Assembly: GCA_046730475.1 (NCBI GenBank)
Contig: JBKPIY010000005.1
Coordinates: 5,187 to 69,186, forward strand
Reading direction: 5' to 3'
DNA from: Actinomycetota bacterium
GTDB lineage: Bacteria; Actinomycetota; Thermoleophilia; Solirubrobacterales; 70-9
DNA: 64,000 nt
Part shown: piece after piece, positions 9,952 through 18,309 of the stretch
How the letters are laid out: the number at the start of each line of letters is the position of its first letter
Numbering within the stretch: position 1 is the first letter of the stretch
Position numbers and translations under genes: made by a program
The notes under the pieces: generated by a model
What the model was told of the DNA's origin: nothing
Database searches by the model: none
The model's input: the letters and a program-made list of their open reading frames with translations, nothing else

Positions 9952-10096
9952 GGAGCTAGATCGCTGATTCCAAATCCACGCCCACCCCGATGACGCGCCT
10001 GGCGGGCGGGTCGGAGACCGACGTTGACAGCGAAGAGGGCGGGGTGGGATGCCGGTACTTCACAGGCATCGAAAGGAGCGATGCCGATGAGGCTAT

Positions 10097-10318
10097 TTGT
10101 TGTCTCACTTGTCCGGCTGCGCTCTGATGATGGCCCTGGCGGGCTCGGCGCTTGGCGGCACGGACAGTAACTTCCCCGACGGGATCCCCCTGAACCCACA
10201 GGCGGGGGTGACCGCCTGCACGACGCTCGCCGGAACGGCGGCCGTCGCCACCGGGTCGGACACTGGCTTGGCGAACAAGGGCGATCTGTTCACCGACGCT
10301 TGTCTCGGCGGCCCGTAA
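10097..10318 (+). CDS. small secreted protein (hypothetical)
   Basis: TTG start. Signal-like LSGCALMMALAGSALGG, then a roughly 50-aa Gly/Thr-rich mature part with two Cys. High GC3 in this frame only. No family recognised. Confidence 0.35.
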   Translation: MLSHLSGCALMMALAGSALGGTDSNFPDGIPLNPQAGVTACTTLAGTAAVATGSDTGLANKGDLFTDACLGGP

Positions 10319-10350
10319 GGAGGCGATGCGCTGACAGAAGTAGGGGCGGC

Positions 10351-10377
10351 GGGGTCAAGGACTTGATCCTTGACCCC
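10351..10377 (+). terminator. perfect 11-bp stem-loop downstream of the small ORF (putative terminator, no U-tract)
   Basis: GGGGTCAAGGA (10351-10361), loop CTTGA, then TCCTTGACCCC (10367-10377). Confidence 0.35.
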
Positions 10378-10658
10378 ACCTGCTCACGAGGTGGCGTAAT
10401 CGGCTACCTCCGTCACCCATCCGCGCGCTCTCCCCCGGGAGCCTGTTCACGTGTGCCGTCGTCCCGACAGCCGATCGCCGCCGTGGCCCTCGCCGCCTGG
10501 GCGGTCGCCGCCGCGGTTCCGCGGAACCGCCGATCGCCCGGGAGGGCGGCCAGGCGGCGATCGAGTGGATCGGCGTCGTTCTCCTGGTCGGTCTGCTGGT
10601 CGCCGCCCTCGCCTCGGTCGCCGGGTCGCGCCCCCCGGGCGCCGCTCTCGCCCGGGCG

Positions 10659-11600
10659 GTGGCGGAGCGGATCATCTGCGCGGTGCGGCTCTCGGACGGC
10701 TGCCGCTCGGACCCGGCGCTCTACGCCCGATACGGCGAGCTCGCCGCCGCGGTCCGCGACAACGCCCCCAAGATCACCTACGAGAACGGGATGCGCGCCC
10801 TCCCGGTCGACTTCCGCCGCTGCCGGTCGCCGAGTTGCGGCGACGGCCCGGCGGCGGGCCGGGTGGCGCGCACGCTCGCCGGGCTCCCGGTGGTCGCCTT
10901 CACCCACGTGATCGACTGCCGCGATCCCGCCCTCGGCAGGGCACGGGGGTTCGACTGCTCCGGCGAGCGCGCCGGTCGCGTCTACATCCAGTACTGGACC
11001 TACTACGCGGACTCGGCCACCCTCCGCGGCCTCCCCTACCTCGACGAGCAGGGCTATCACCACGACGACTGGGAGGGCTACCAGCTCCGGATCAACCCGG
11101 ACGGCTCGGTCGACGCCCGGGCGAGCTCGCACAGCGGCTACAACGGCCAGGAGAAGTTCTTGAACAAGGCATCGGATGCGGCGGGGAAACTCCCCGGGGC
11201 GGGCGAGGTGAGGGAGGCCGCCGAGGCGCTCGGCCTACGAGACCGGGGCGGCTGGACCCCGTCGCGGGGCACCCTGTACGTCTCCGGGGGGAGCCACGCA
11301 GGTCACGCGTCGGAGGACTCGCTCGAGCGCGACCTCGCCGTCGTGATCGCGACCGGCGCGCTCAGCGTCCGCCCGCGCCCGCGTGGACCGTTCGCCAGGC
11401 ACGACGCGAAGCTCAGGGTCGAGCGCCTCGCCGGGCGGCTCCAGCGCCGGCTCTTCGGTGCCGGCCCCCGGACCACCCCCAGCGGCAGCCTCACCCTGAT
11501 CCCGATCGAGCCCCTTGCCGGCTCGGGCGCCCGGTTCGCGGTCTCGCCGCCGTGGCGTAAGCGCGTCTACCGCGACCCGGAGTACGAGGGAACCGGCTGA
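10659..11600 (+). CDS. hypothetical protein. The in-frame upstream region encodes a Flp/TadE-like class III signal segment, so the true start is probably upstream and non-canonical.
   Basis: Called from the first canonical start (GTG 10659). The same frame is open from 10374 and encodes ...REGGQAAIEWIGVVLLVGLLVAALASVAG. The C-terminal part contains VYIQYWTYYADS...GYHHDDWEGY. Confidence 0.6.
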   Translation: MAERIICAVRLSDGCRSDPALYARYGELAAAVRDNAPKITYENGMRALPVDFRRCRSPSCGDGPAAGRVARTLAGLPVVAFTHVIDCRDPALGRARGFDCSGERAGRVYIQYWTYYADSATLRGLPYLDEQGYHHDDWEGYQLRINPDGSVDARASSHSGYNGQEKFLNKASDAAGKLPGAGEVREAAEALGLRDRGGWTPSRGTLYVSGGSHAGHASEDSLERDLAVVIATGALSVRPRPRGPFARHDAKLRVERLAGRLQRRLFGAGPRTTPSGSLTLIPIEPLAGSGARFAVSPPWRKRVYRDPEYEGTG

Positions 11601-11610
11601 GCCCGTCGCC

Positions 11611-12378
11611 CTACCTCGGCGGCATCCGCAGGGCGCCGTCGAGGCGAATGGTCTCGCCGTTCAGCATCTCGTTCTCGACGATGTGGACGGCAAGCTGCGC
11701 GTACTCCTCCGGGAGGCCGAGGCGCGAGGGGAAAGGGATCCCGGCGCCGAGGGCCTCCCGCTGCTCCTCGGGAAGGGCGCCGAGCAGAGGGGTGTCGAAC
11801 AGGCCTGGGGCGATCGTCATCACCCGGACGCCGCGCGAGGCCATGTCGCGGGCGGCGGGCAGGGTGAGGCCGACGACGCCGCCCTTCGAGGCCGAGTAGG
11901 CGACCTGGCCGATCTGGCCGTCGAAGGCGGCGATCGAGGCGGTGTTGACGCAGACGCCGCGCTCGCCTCCCCCGTCGGGGTCGTTTCCGGACATCGCCGC
12001 GCAGGCGAGCCGCAGGACGTTGAAGGTCCCGACCAGGTTCACCTTGATCACGTTGTGGAAGATCTCGAGGTCGTGCGGCCCCTGCTTGCTCGCCGTTCGC
12101 TGGGCCCAGCCGATCCCGGCACAGCAGACCGAGATCCGAAGGCCGCCGTCCGCCCCCGCGGCGGCGGCCACCGCGGCCTCGACGGGGTCGGGCTCGATCA
12201 CGTTCGCCTCGACGAAGCGCGCCCGGTCGCCGAGCTCGGCGGCGAGCGCGTTGCCGCGCTCGGCGTTCAGGTCGGCGATCACCACCGACGCGCCCCGCTC
12301 GTGCAGGGCCCGGGCGGCGGCGGCCCCGAGGCCGGAGGCCCCACCGGCGATCAGGGCGCTGGTTCCCTCGATCTCCAT
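11611..12378 (-). CDS. SDR-family oxidoreductase (3-hydroxyacyl-CoA dehydrogenase type-2-like)
   Basis: [17 protein letters not shown] Rossmann motif, YSASKGGV catalytic motif, 255 aa. Confidence 0.85.
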   Translation of the reverse strand: MEIEGTSALIAGGASGLGAAAARALHERGASVVIADLNAERGNALAAELGDRARFVEANVIEPDPVEAAVAAAAGADGGLRISVCCAGIGWAQRTASKQGPHDLEIFHNVIKVNLVGTFNVLRLACAAMSGNDPDGGGERGVCVNTASIAAFDGQIGQVAYSASKGGVVGLTLPAARDMASRGVRVMTIAPGLFDTPLLGALPEEQREALGAGIPFPSRLGLPEEYAQLAVHIVENEMLNGETIRLDGALRMPPR

Positions 12379-12602
12379 GGCCGCGAGACCCTAGAGGGTT
12401 GATGGGGGTTACGCGTGCGTGGATGACCCGCATCAGCCCTCTGGTGGAAGCTCGCGCTTGCTCCTGGCGCGCCGGGCGACGGGATCGATCGGGGCCGGTA
12501 GGACCGGCTCGGTAGTCTTCACCGATCGCGGAGGTTGCAGCACCCAGAGAGGGTGGAAGTCGTCCCGCCGCGCCCGAGCTCAAGAGCTCGCTCGCCGAGC
12601 GG

Positions 12603-13763
12603 TTGACGGAGGCGCGTCGGCATACCCTGCGCCTGATCGAGCCGCTCACGGACGGGCAGCTGAACCGCGTCTATGACCCGATCCTGAGCCCGCTGATCTG
12701 GGACCTCGGCCACATCGCCAACTTCGAGGAGCTGTGGCTGGTGCGGCGGATCGGCGAGCGCGAGCCACTCCGCGGCGAGCTGGGGGCGCTCTACGACGCG
12801 ATCGAGCAGCCTCGCAAGATCCGGGGCGAGCTCCCGATTCTGAAGGCCGACGAGGTCGGCCCGTACATGGAGGGGGTGCGCGAGCGGACCCTCGAGGTGC
12901 TGGATGAGATCGAGCTCGACCCCGGCGATCCGCTGCTCCGAGAGGGCTTCGTCTACGAGCTGATCCTCGCCCACGAGCACCAGCACAACGAGACGATGCT
13001 CCAGCTCCTGCAGGTGGTGGAGGCCTACGAGCCGGTGGCCCTCGACCGCGGCCCGGCCGCCGAGGCCGCCGGCGAGGGACCGGAGATGGTCATGGTGGAG
13101 GGGGGGAGCCACGAGATCGGGGCCGCCCCGGACGGCTTCGCCTACGACAACGAACGCCCCCGCCACCAGGTCGACCTGGCGCCTTTCCGGATCGACCGGG
13201 CGCCGGTGACAAACGGGGCATACATCTCCTTCATCGAGGAGACCGGGGCCCAGCCACCGATGTACTGGGAGCGCGACGGCGGCGGCTGGACCCGCAGGGC
13301 GATGGGGAAGACGGAGCCCGTCGACGAGCGCCAGCCGGTGATCCACGTCTCCTGGCGTGAGGCCGAGGCCTTCGCGCGCTGGGCGGGCAAGCGCCTGCCG
13401 ACGGAGCTCGAGTGGGTGGCGGCCGCCGCGGGCGCCGACCGCGGCCGCGCCAATCTCGACCAGCTCGCCTTCGGCTGCGCCCCGGCGGGGGCCTACGGCG
13501 ACGCGCCGTCCGGGTGCGGCGCCGTCCAGATGCTGGGTGATGTCTGGGAGTGGACCTCGAGCGACTTCGAGGGCTACCCCGGGTTCACCGCCTTCCCCTA
13601 CCCCGAGTACTCCGAGGTCTTCTTCGGCGACACCTACAAGGTGCTGCGGGGCGGAGCGTGGGCCACCCGTCGGAACGTGATCCGCACGAGCTTCCGCAAC
13701 TGGGACCTGCCCGAGCGGAGACAGATCTTCGCCGGCATCCGCTGCGCGCGGGACGCCGATTAA
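12603..13763 (+). CDS. egtB: ergothioneine biosynthesis sulfoxide synthase EgtB (DinB_2 + FGE-sulfatase domains)
   Basis: SPLIWDLGHIANFEELWL (DinB-like His motif), HEHQHNETM, then an FGE-type C-terminal domain (VSWREAEAFARWAGKRLPTELEW...GDVWEWTSS...RGGAW). TTG is the only start available in frame after the stop at 12513. Confidence 0.8.
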   Translation: MTEARRHTLRLIEPLTDGQLNRVYDPILSPLIWDLGHIANFEELWLVRRIGEREPLRGELGALYDAIEQPRKIRGELPILKADEVGPYMEGVRERTLEVLDEIELDPGDPLLREGFVYELILAHEHQHNETMLQLLQVVEAYEPVALDRGPAAEAAGEGPEMVMVEGGSHEIGAAPDGFAYDNERPRHQVDLAPFRIDRAPVTNGAYISFIEETGAQPPMYWERDGGGWTRRAMGKTEPVDERQPVIHVSWREAEAFARWAGKRLPTELEWVAAAAGADRGRANLDQLAFGCAPAGAYGDAPSGCGAVQMLGDVWEWTSSDFEGYPGFTAFPYPEYSEVFFGDTYKVLRGGAWATRRNVIRTSFRNWDLPERRQIFAGIRCARDAD

Positions 13764-13801
13764 TCCGGGTAACGACGGGGGTCGTAAGAAAGACAAGACC
13801 C

Positions 13802-14815
13802 GTGAGGGCGAGCGCGATCGATTCCACCGAGACGACAGCCTCCGAGAGAGTCACGGTCGAGGTTCACCTCCCGCCCGGCGGCCCCCTGTCGGGGATGGCG
13901 GCCGACGTCCGCGCCGGCCTCACCCGCCCCTTCAAGGAGCTCTCGCCGCGCTACTTCTACGACGAGCGGGGCTCCGCGCTGTTCGAGCGGATCACCGAGC
14001 TCCCCGAGTACTACCCGACCCGCTGCGAGCGGGCGATCCTCGACCGGGGCGCGGCTGCGATCTGCGAGGCGGCCAACCACCCCGCCGCCCTGATCGAGCT
14101 CGGGTCTGGGTCGGCGGCGAAGACGCGGGTGCTCCTGGACGCGATGCGGGACGCCGGCTGCCTCGAGACCTACTGCCCGGTCGACATCTCGGAGGAGATC
14201 ACCCGCCGGACGGCGACCCGGATCGCGGAGGAGTACGACGACGTCAGGGTGGTCGGCCACGTATGCGACTTCGAGCTCGACCTGGAGCGGATTCCCGTCG
14301 GCGGTCCCCGGGTGATCGCCCTGCTCGGCGGGACGATCGGCAACTTCGAGCCCCAGCAGCGGGCGGGCTTCCTGAGGCGGATCGCGAACCTTCTCGGCCC
14401 CGAGGACCGCTTCCTGCTCGGCACCGACCTGGTCAAGGACCGGGCCATCCTCGAGGCGGCCTACAACGACCCGCAGGGCGTCACCGCCGAGTTCAACAAG
14501 AACGTGCTCGCCGTCCTCAACCACGAGCTGGGGGCGAACTTCGACCTCGACTCATTCGAGCACGTCGCCCGCTGGGACAACGAGAACCTGTGGGTGGACA
14601 TCCGGCTGCGGTCCCTGACCAACCAGGTGGTGACCTTCTCCACCCTCAACATGCTGGTTCCGTTCGCCGCCGGCGAGGAGATGCGAACCGAGATCTCCAC
14701 CAAGTTCGCGCGCCCGGGGCTCGAGGGCATCTACGCCGAGGCGGGGCTGGAGCTCACCGACTGGTGGACCGACCCCGAGGGCCTCTACGCCCTCAGCCTG
14801 GCGCGCGCGGGATGA
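13802..14815 (+). CDS. egtD: L-histidine N-alpha-methyltransferase EgtD
   Basis: LTRPFKELSPRYFYDERGSALFERITELPEYYPTRCERAIL...IELGSGSAAKTRVLL is the hallmark EgtD N-terminus. GTG at 13802; the longer ORF (from 13550) overlaps egtB. Confidence 0.85.
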   Translation: MRASAIDSTETTASERVTVEVHLPPGGPLSGMAADVRAGLTRPFKELSPRYFYDERGSALFERITELPEYYPTRCERAILDRGAAAICEAANHPAALIELGSGSAAKTRVLLDAMRDAGCLETYCPVDISEEITRRTATRIAEEYDDVRVVGHVCDFELDLERIPVGGPRVIALLGGTIGNFEPQQRAGFLRRIANLLGPEDRFLLGTDLVKDRAILEAAYNDPQGVTAEFNKNVLAVLNHELGANFDLDSFEHVARWDNENLWVDIRLRSLTNQVVTFSTLNMLVPFAAGEEMRTEISTKFARPGLEGIYAEAGLELTDWWTDPEGLYALSLARAG

Positions 14816-14831
14816 AAGCCCGCGACGAGCG

Positions 14832-16253
14832 CTACGCTGGCGCGAACTGGCCGTGGAAGCCGTAGGGGATGTGGTGCGGGGCCTCGGCCCGCGCGATCTC
14901 GCTGAGATCGGCGGCGTCGAGGACGAGCAGGAAGGAGCGGCCGCCGCGTGAGTCGAACACCACCGAGAGCAGGACCCCCCCGTCCTCACCGCTCGCGCCG
15001 GGGGCGGCCACGAACACGGGCTCGCCGGGGCTGCCGCCGTCCTCGGACCAGCTCCGGGTGGTCCGCTCCTCGACGTCGAGCTTGATGATCTGGTCGAACC
15101 AGCCCGACCTGGAGCCCACTCCCCAGGCGTAGCGGTAGGGCCGCTCGTTACAGCGCCCGTAGTTGATCCGGGGGAGGTCGAGCGACTGATCGGTGAGGCG
15201 CTCGGCCGTGACCGTTCCCGCCCCCGGGGCGATCCGGAAGCGGCGGACCTCTCCCCGGCTGATCGGCTTGCCCTGTCGCAACCGCTCCAGGTAGAGGTCC
15301 TCCACCGGGGTGGCGTCGGGGTAGACGCAGGCGTCGACCACCACCTCGCCGTCCTCCTCGTAAGCGTTGATGTGATGGAAGCAGAAGCAGGGATCGCCCT
15401 CGAACGGACCGGTCGCCGCCCCGTTAAAGCGATCGACCAGGGTGAAGCGCGTCCCAAGCTCCGGCTTCCAGCGGTAGTTCTCGATGTAGGGTCGTCCGCT
15501 GAGCGGGATCGTGATCGGGTTGACGACGAGGGGGAACTCGGCCAGCACCAGCCAGCGCGCTGTGAGGCCGAACGAGTGCATGTAGGCCGGCTCGCGCACG
15601 GGCAGCTCGCCGATCAACTCGGGCTCGGCCTCGTCGGGACGGAGCAGGAAGAAGCGGTAGCGGTTGCGGGGACCGAGCCTGGCGGCGTAGTTCAGCATCC
15701 CGCCCGTCGCCCGGTCGAGGTGAGGGTGCGCCGTGGTCAGCATCCCCGGCGCCTCGTAGGCGACCCCGACCGTCTCCAGCGTCGCCGCGTCGAACTCGAC
15801 CGGAATCGGGGTCTCGGTCATCGCGATGTAACGCTCCCCGAGCTTCGTCAGGTTGACGTTGGCGTTGTCGGAGAACTTCGGGGAGAAGAGCGAGAAGAGG
15901 CGGGCGAACAGCGAGCGGCACGGGTCGGTGGCGAACTCCGAGTAGACGATCTCGCCCTTCTCCTTGGCGGCGCGGTAGGCGCGGGTCTCGAGGAAGCGGT
16001 TGGCGTAGGAGACCTTGCCGCCGCTAAAACCGAACCGGTGGAGCATCGCGTAGCCGTCGAACAAGTGCCGCATGGTCTGCTCGCCGACCTCCCACTTCGC
16101 CGGTCCGGTACGTAGCAGCGAGCCGGAGAGCCAGTCGGGGAGCCCTCCCTCGAGCGGCAGCTCCTCGACGCGGACCTCACGCTCGAGCGAGCGGAAACCG
16201 TCGACATAGGAGGTGGGCGGGGCGGTGGTGGCGGTGGCGTCGCTCATACTCAT
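14832..16253 (-). CDS. carotenoid oxygenase family (carotenoid/apocarotenoid cleavage dioxygenase-like)
   Basis: LRTGPAKWEVGEQTMRHLFDGYAMLHRFGFSGGKVSYANRFLETRAYR plus conserved His contexts (HPH, YMHSF, FHHINAYE). ATG at 16253 (or 16247) follows GGAGGG. Confidence 0.85.
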   Translation of the reverse strand: MSMSDATATTAPPTSYVDGFRSLEREVRVEELPLEGGLPDWLSGSLLRTGPAKWEVGEQTMRHLFDGYAMLHRFGFSGGKVSYANRFLETRAYRAAKEKGEIVYSEFATDPCRSLFARLFSLFSPKFSDNANVNLTKLGERYIAMTETPIPVEFDAATLETVGVAYEAPGMLTTAHPHLDRATGGMLNYAARLGPRNRYRFFLLRPDEAEPELIGELPVREPAYMHSFGLTARWLVLAEFPLVVNPITIPLSGRPYIENYRWKPELGTRFTLVDRFNGAATGPFEGDPCFCFHHINAYEEDGEVVVDACVYPDATPVEDLYLERLRQGKPISRGEVRRFRIAPGAGTVTAERLTDQSLDLPRINYGRCNERPYRYAWGVGSRSGWFDQIIKLDVEERTTRSWSEDGGSPGEPVFVAAPGASGEDGGVLLSVVFDSRGGRSFLLVLDAADLSEIARAEAPHHIPYGFHGQFAPA

Positions 16254-16314
16254 AATCCCTCCTGAATGATTCTTACCGTATGGTGCGCAATGTACTATAT
16301 CCCATCGCACATCG

Positions 16315-16830
16315 ATGTCCGCGCCCAGGCTCACAGCCACCTCCTACGTCGTCCTCGGGTTGATCGAGCGGCTCGAGCCGGCGACTCCGTACGACCTGAA
16401 GCGGGCCGCCGCCCTCGGCGTCACCCAGTTCTGGTCGCTCCCGCACACCCAGCTCTACTCGGAGTGCGGGCGGCTGGCCGAGTCCGGGCATTTGTCCGAG
16501 CGCCGTGAGGAGTCCGGCCGCCGGCGGCGCATCTATCGGCTCACGAGCAGCGGTAAGGCCGCGCTCGACGCCTGGCGAGCCGAGGGCACCTCCGAGCTCT
16601 ACGAGCTGCGCGACGCGGGACTGCTGAAGCTGTACTTCGGCGCTGATCCCGCGAAGCTGGCCGAGCGCCAGCTCGAGGCTCACCGCGGGAAGCTGCAGGA
16701 GTATGAGCGCCAGCTCGAGGCGTGCGAGCGGGCCCGCACCCCGGAGGGCATCCGCCTGGCGATCGAGGCCGGGATCGGCCACGAGCGCGAGTACATCCGG
16801 TTCTGGGCGCGGCTGGCGCAGCCCGACTGA
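16315..16830 (+). CDS. PadR-family transcriptional regulator
   Basis: TSYVVLGLIERLEPATPYDLKR...LYSECGRLAESGHLSERREESGRRRRIYRLTSSGKAAL is a winged-helix PadR pattern. Divergent from the oxygenase gene. Confidence 0.85.
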   Translation: MSAPRLTATSYVVLGLIERLEPATPYDLKRAAALGVTQFWSLPHTQLYSECGRLAESGHLSERREESGRRRRIYRLTSSGKAALDAWRAEGTSELYELRDAGLLKLYFGADPAKLAERQLEAHRGKLQEYERQLEACERARTPEGIRLAIEAGIGHEREYIRFWARLAQPD

Positions 16831-16840
16831 GCCGCGACCG

Positions 16841-17770
16841 CTAGGGAGCCAGGGCCTCGATCAGGTCCCCGATCCGCTCGGGGGTGGTGATCGGCGTGAT
16901 CACCGGCAGGGTGATGCCACCGGCGACGAAGGCGGCGAGACGATCCCTCATCTCCTCGGGGGAGCCGAGGATGAAGGTGTCGGCGATCAGGTCCCAGGGG
17001 GCGAGCTCGGCGGCCCGCTGGCGGTCCCTCGCGCTCCAGGCCTCGACCATCGAGTCGATCCGATCCCCGTAGCCGAGCCAGCGGTAGAAGGCCTCGTAGA
17101 CCGGGACGGTGATGTAGGAGCTGAACATGAACCGGGCGAGCGGCTCCACCTGCTCACGCTCGCCCTCGAGGCAGAAGAAGCGGCAGAGCACTTCGAAGCC
17201 CTCGGGCGCCCCCTCCAGCCGCCCGGCCACCCTGGGCAGGGCCGCCAGGGGAAGGAAGTTGGTGAAGGCGCCGTCGGCCTTCTCGACCGCGAGCCTGAGC
17301 ATCCTCCCGCGCAGGGCGGCCACCACGATCGGGATCCTCTCCGCGGGGGCGCGCTCGAGCTTGAAGCCGCCCTCCGCCCGCTCGCCCGCGAGCGCCGCGC
17401 GCAGGAAGTCGATCGTCTCCGAGATCCTCGTCAACGGCTTCTCGAACGGCATCCCGTTCCAGCCCTCGACGATCCGATCCGAGGAGGCGCCGATCCCGAG
17501 CGCGAAGCGCCCCCCGGAGGCGTCCGCGAGCGCCGCCGCCTCCTGGGCGAGGAGGGCACGGCCGCGCTGCATCACCCCGACCACCCCGGTTCCCAGGCGC
17601 GCCCTCTCGGTCCAGGTCGAGGCGAGGGCGAGGGGGGTGAACCCGTCCGGCCCGTTGGTCTCGCCCGACCACAGGTCGGTGTAGCCGGCGGCCTCGGCGC
17701 GGCGCACGTGCTCCGCCTGGTCGCGGAGCCCGAGCACCGGCAGCGGCAGCGTCATGCCCCAGCGGTTCAT
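16841..17770 (-). CDS. LLM-class F420-dependent oxidoreductase
   Basis: GMTLPLP...AEAAGYTDLWSGETNGPDGFTPLA...SGGRFALGIGASS is a luciferase-like monooxygenase family pattern. Confidence 0.8.
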   Translation of the reverse strand: MNRWGMTLPLPVLGLRDQAEHVRRAEAAGYTDLWSGETNGPDGFTPLALASTWTERARLGTGVVGVMQRGRALLAQEAAALADASGGRFALGIGASSDRIVEGWNGMPFEKPLTRISETIDFLRAALAGERAEGGFKLERAPAERIPIVVAALRGRMLRLAVEKADGAFTNFLPLAALPRVAGRLEGAPEGFEVLCRFFCLEGEREQVEPLARFMFSSYITVPVYEAFYRWLGYGDRIDSMVEAWSARDRQRAAELAPWDLIADTFILGSPEEMRDRLAAFVAGGITLPVITPITTPERIGDLIEALAP

Positions 17771-17807
17771 GGTCGCGCGAGCCTATTCGACGGGATAGAG
17801 TCGCGCC

Positions 17808-18296
17808 ATGGATACCTTGGATCTCCGCCGCTCGGAGGTCGTGGGGTTGATCGCGGCGCTGGTCCTGGTCGTGAGTCTCTTTCTCGAGTGGTTCTCGCTC
17901 GGCAGCGGCCCGGACGTCGCCCGCGGGAACAACCCGGACAACTGGGTCTGCGGCGTCGGCCACAACAGCTGCACCGCCTGGCACACGTTCCCTATCCTCC
18001 GCTGGCTGCTGATCGCCGCCGCCGCGGCGCCGTTCATCCTCACCTACCTGGTCGTCCGCCACACCGAGCTCTCCTGGCCGCGGGGCGAGGTGACCGCGAT
18101 CGTGGGCCTGACGGCGCTGGTCCTGATCGCCTATAACGGCTTCATCGACAAGCCCTCCGTCAACGACATCCAGGTGAACCTCTCCTACGGCTACTTCCTC
18201 GCCCTGGCGGCGGCGATCGGAATCTTCATCGGGGGCGGCTTCCGCGCCCTCGAGAGCGGCGGTGGCGCCCCCCGAAAGCCGCCCGCGACCTTCTGA
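17808..18296 (+). CDS. hypothetical integral membrane protein
   Basis: About four predicted TM segments (VVGLIAALVLVVSLFLEWF, ILRWLLIAAAAAPFILTYLVV, IVGLTALVLIAY, FLALAAAIGIFIGG). No family recognised. Confidence 0.55.
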   Translation: MDTLDLRRSEVVGLIAALVLVVSLFLEWFSLGSGPDVARGNNPDNWVCGVGHNSCTAWHTFPILRWLLIAAAAAPFILTYLVVRHTELSWPRGEVTAIVGLTALVLIAYNGFIDKPSVNDIQVNLSYGYFLALAAAIGIFIGGGFRALESGGGAPRKPPATF

Positions 18297-18309
18297 GCGG
18301 AGGGTGGCG

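Noticed and set aside
10097-10130. Lipobox (LSGC) in the small secreted ORF
   Set aside because: The Cys would be residue 8, too close to the N-terminus for a lipoprotein signal peptide. A Sec-type signal with cleavage after SALG is more plausible.
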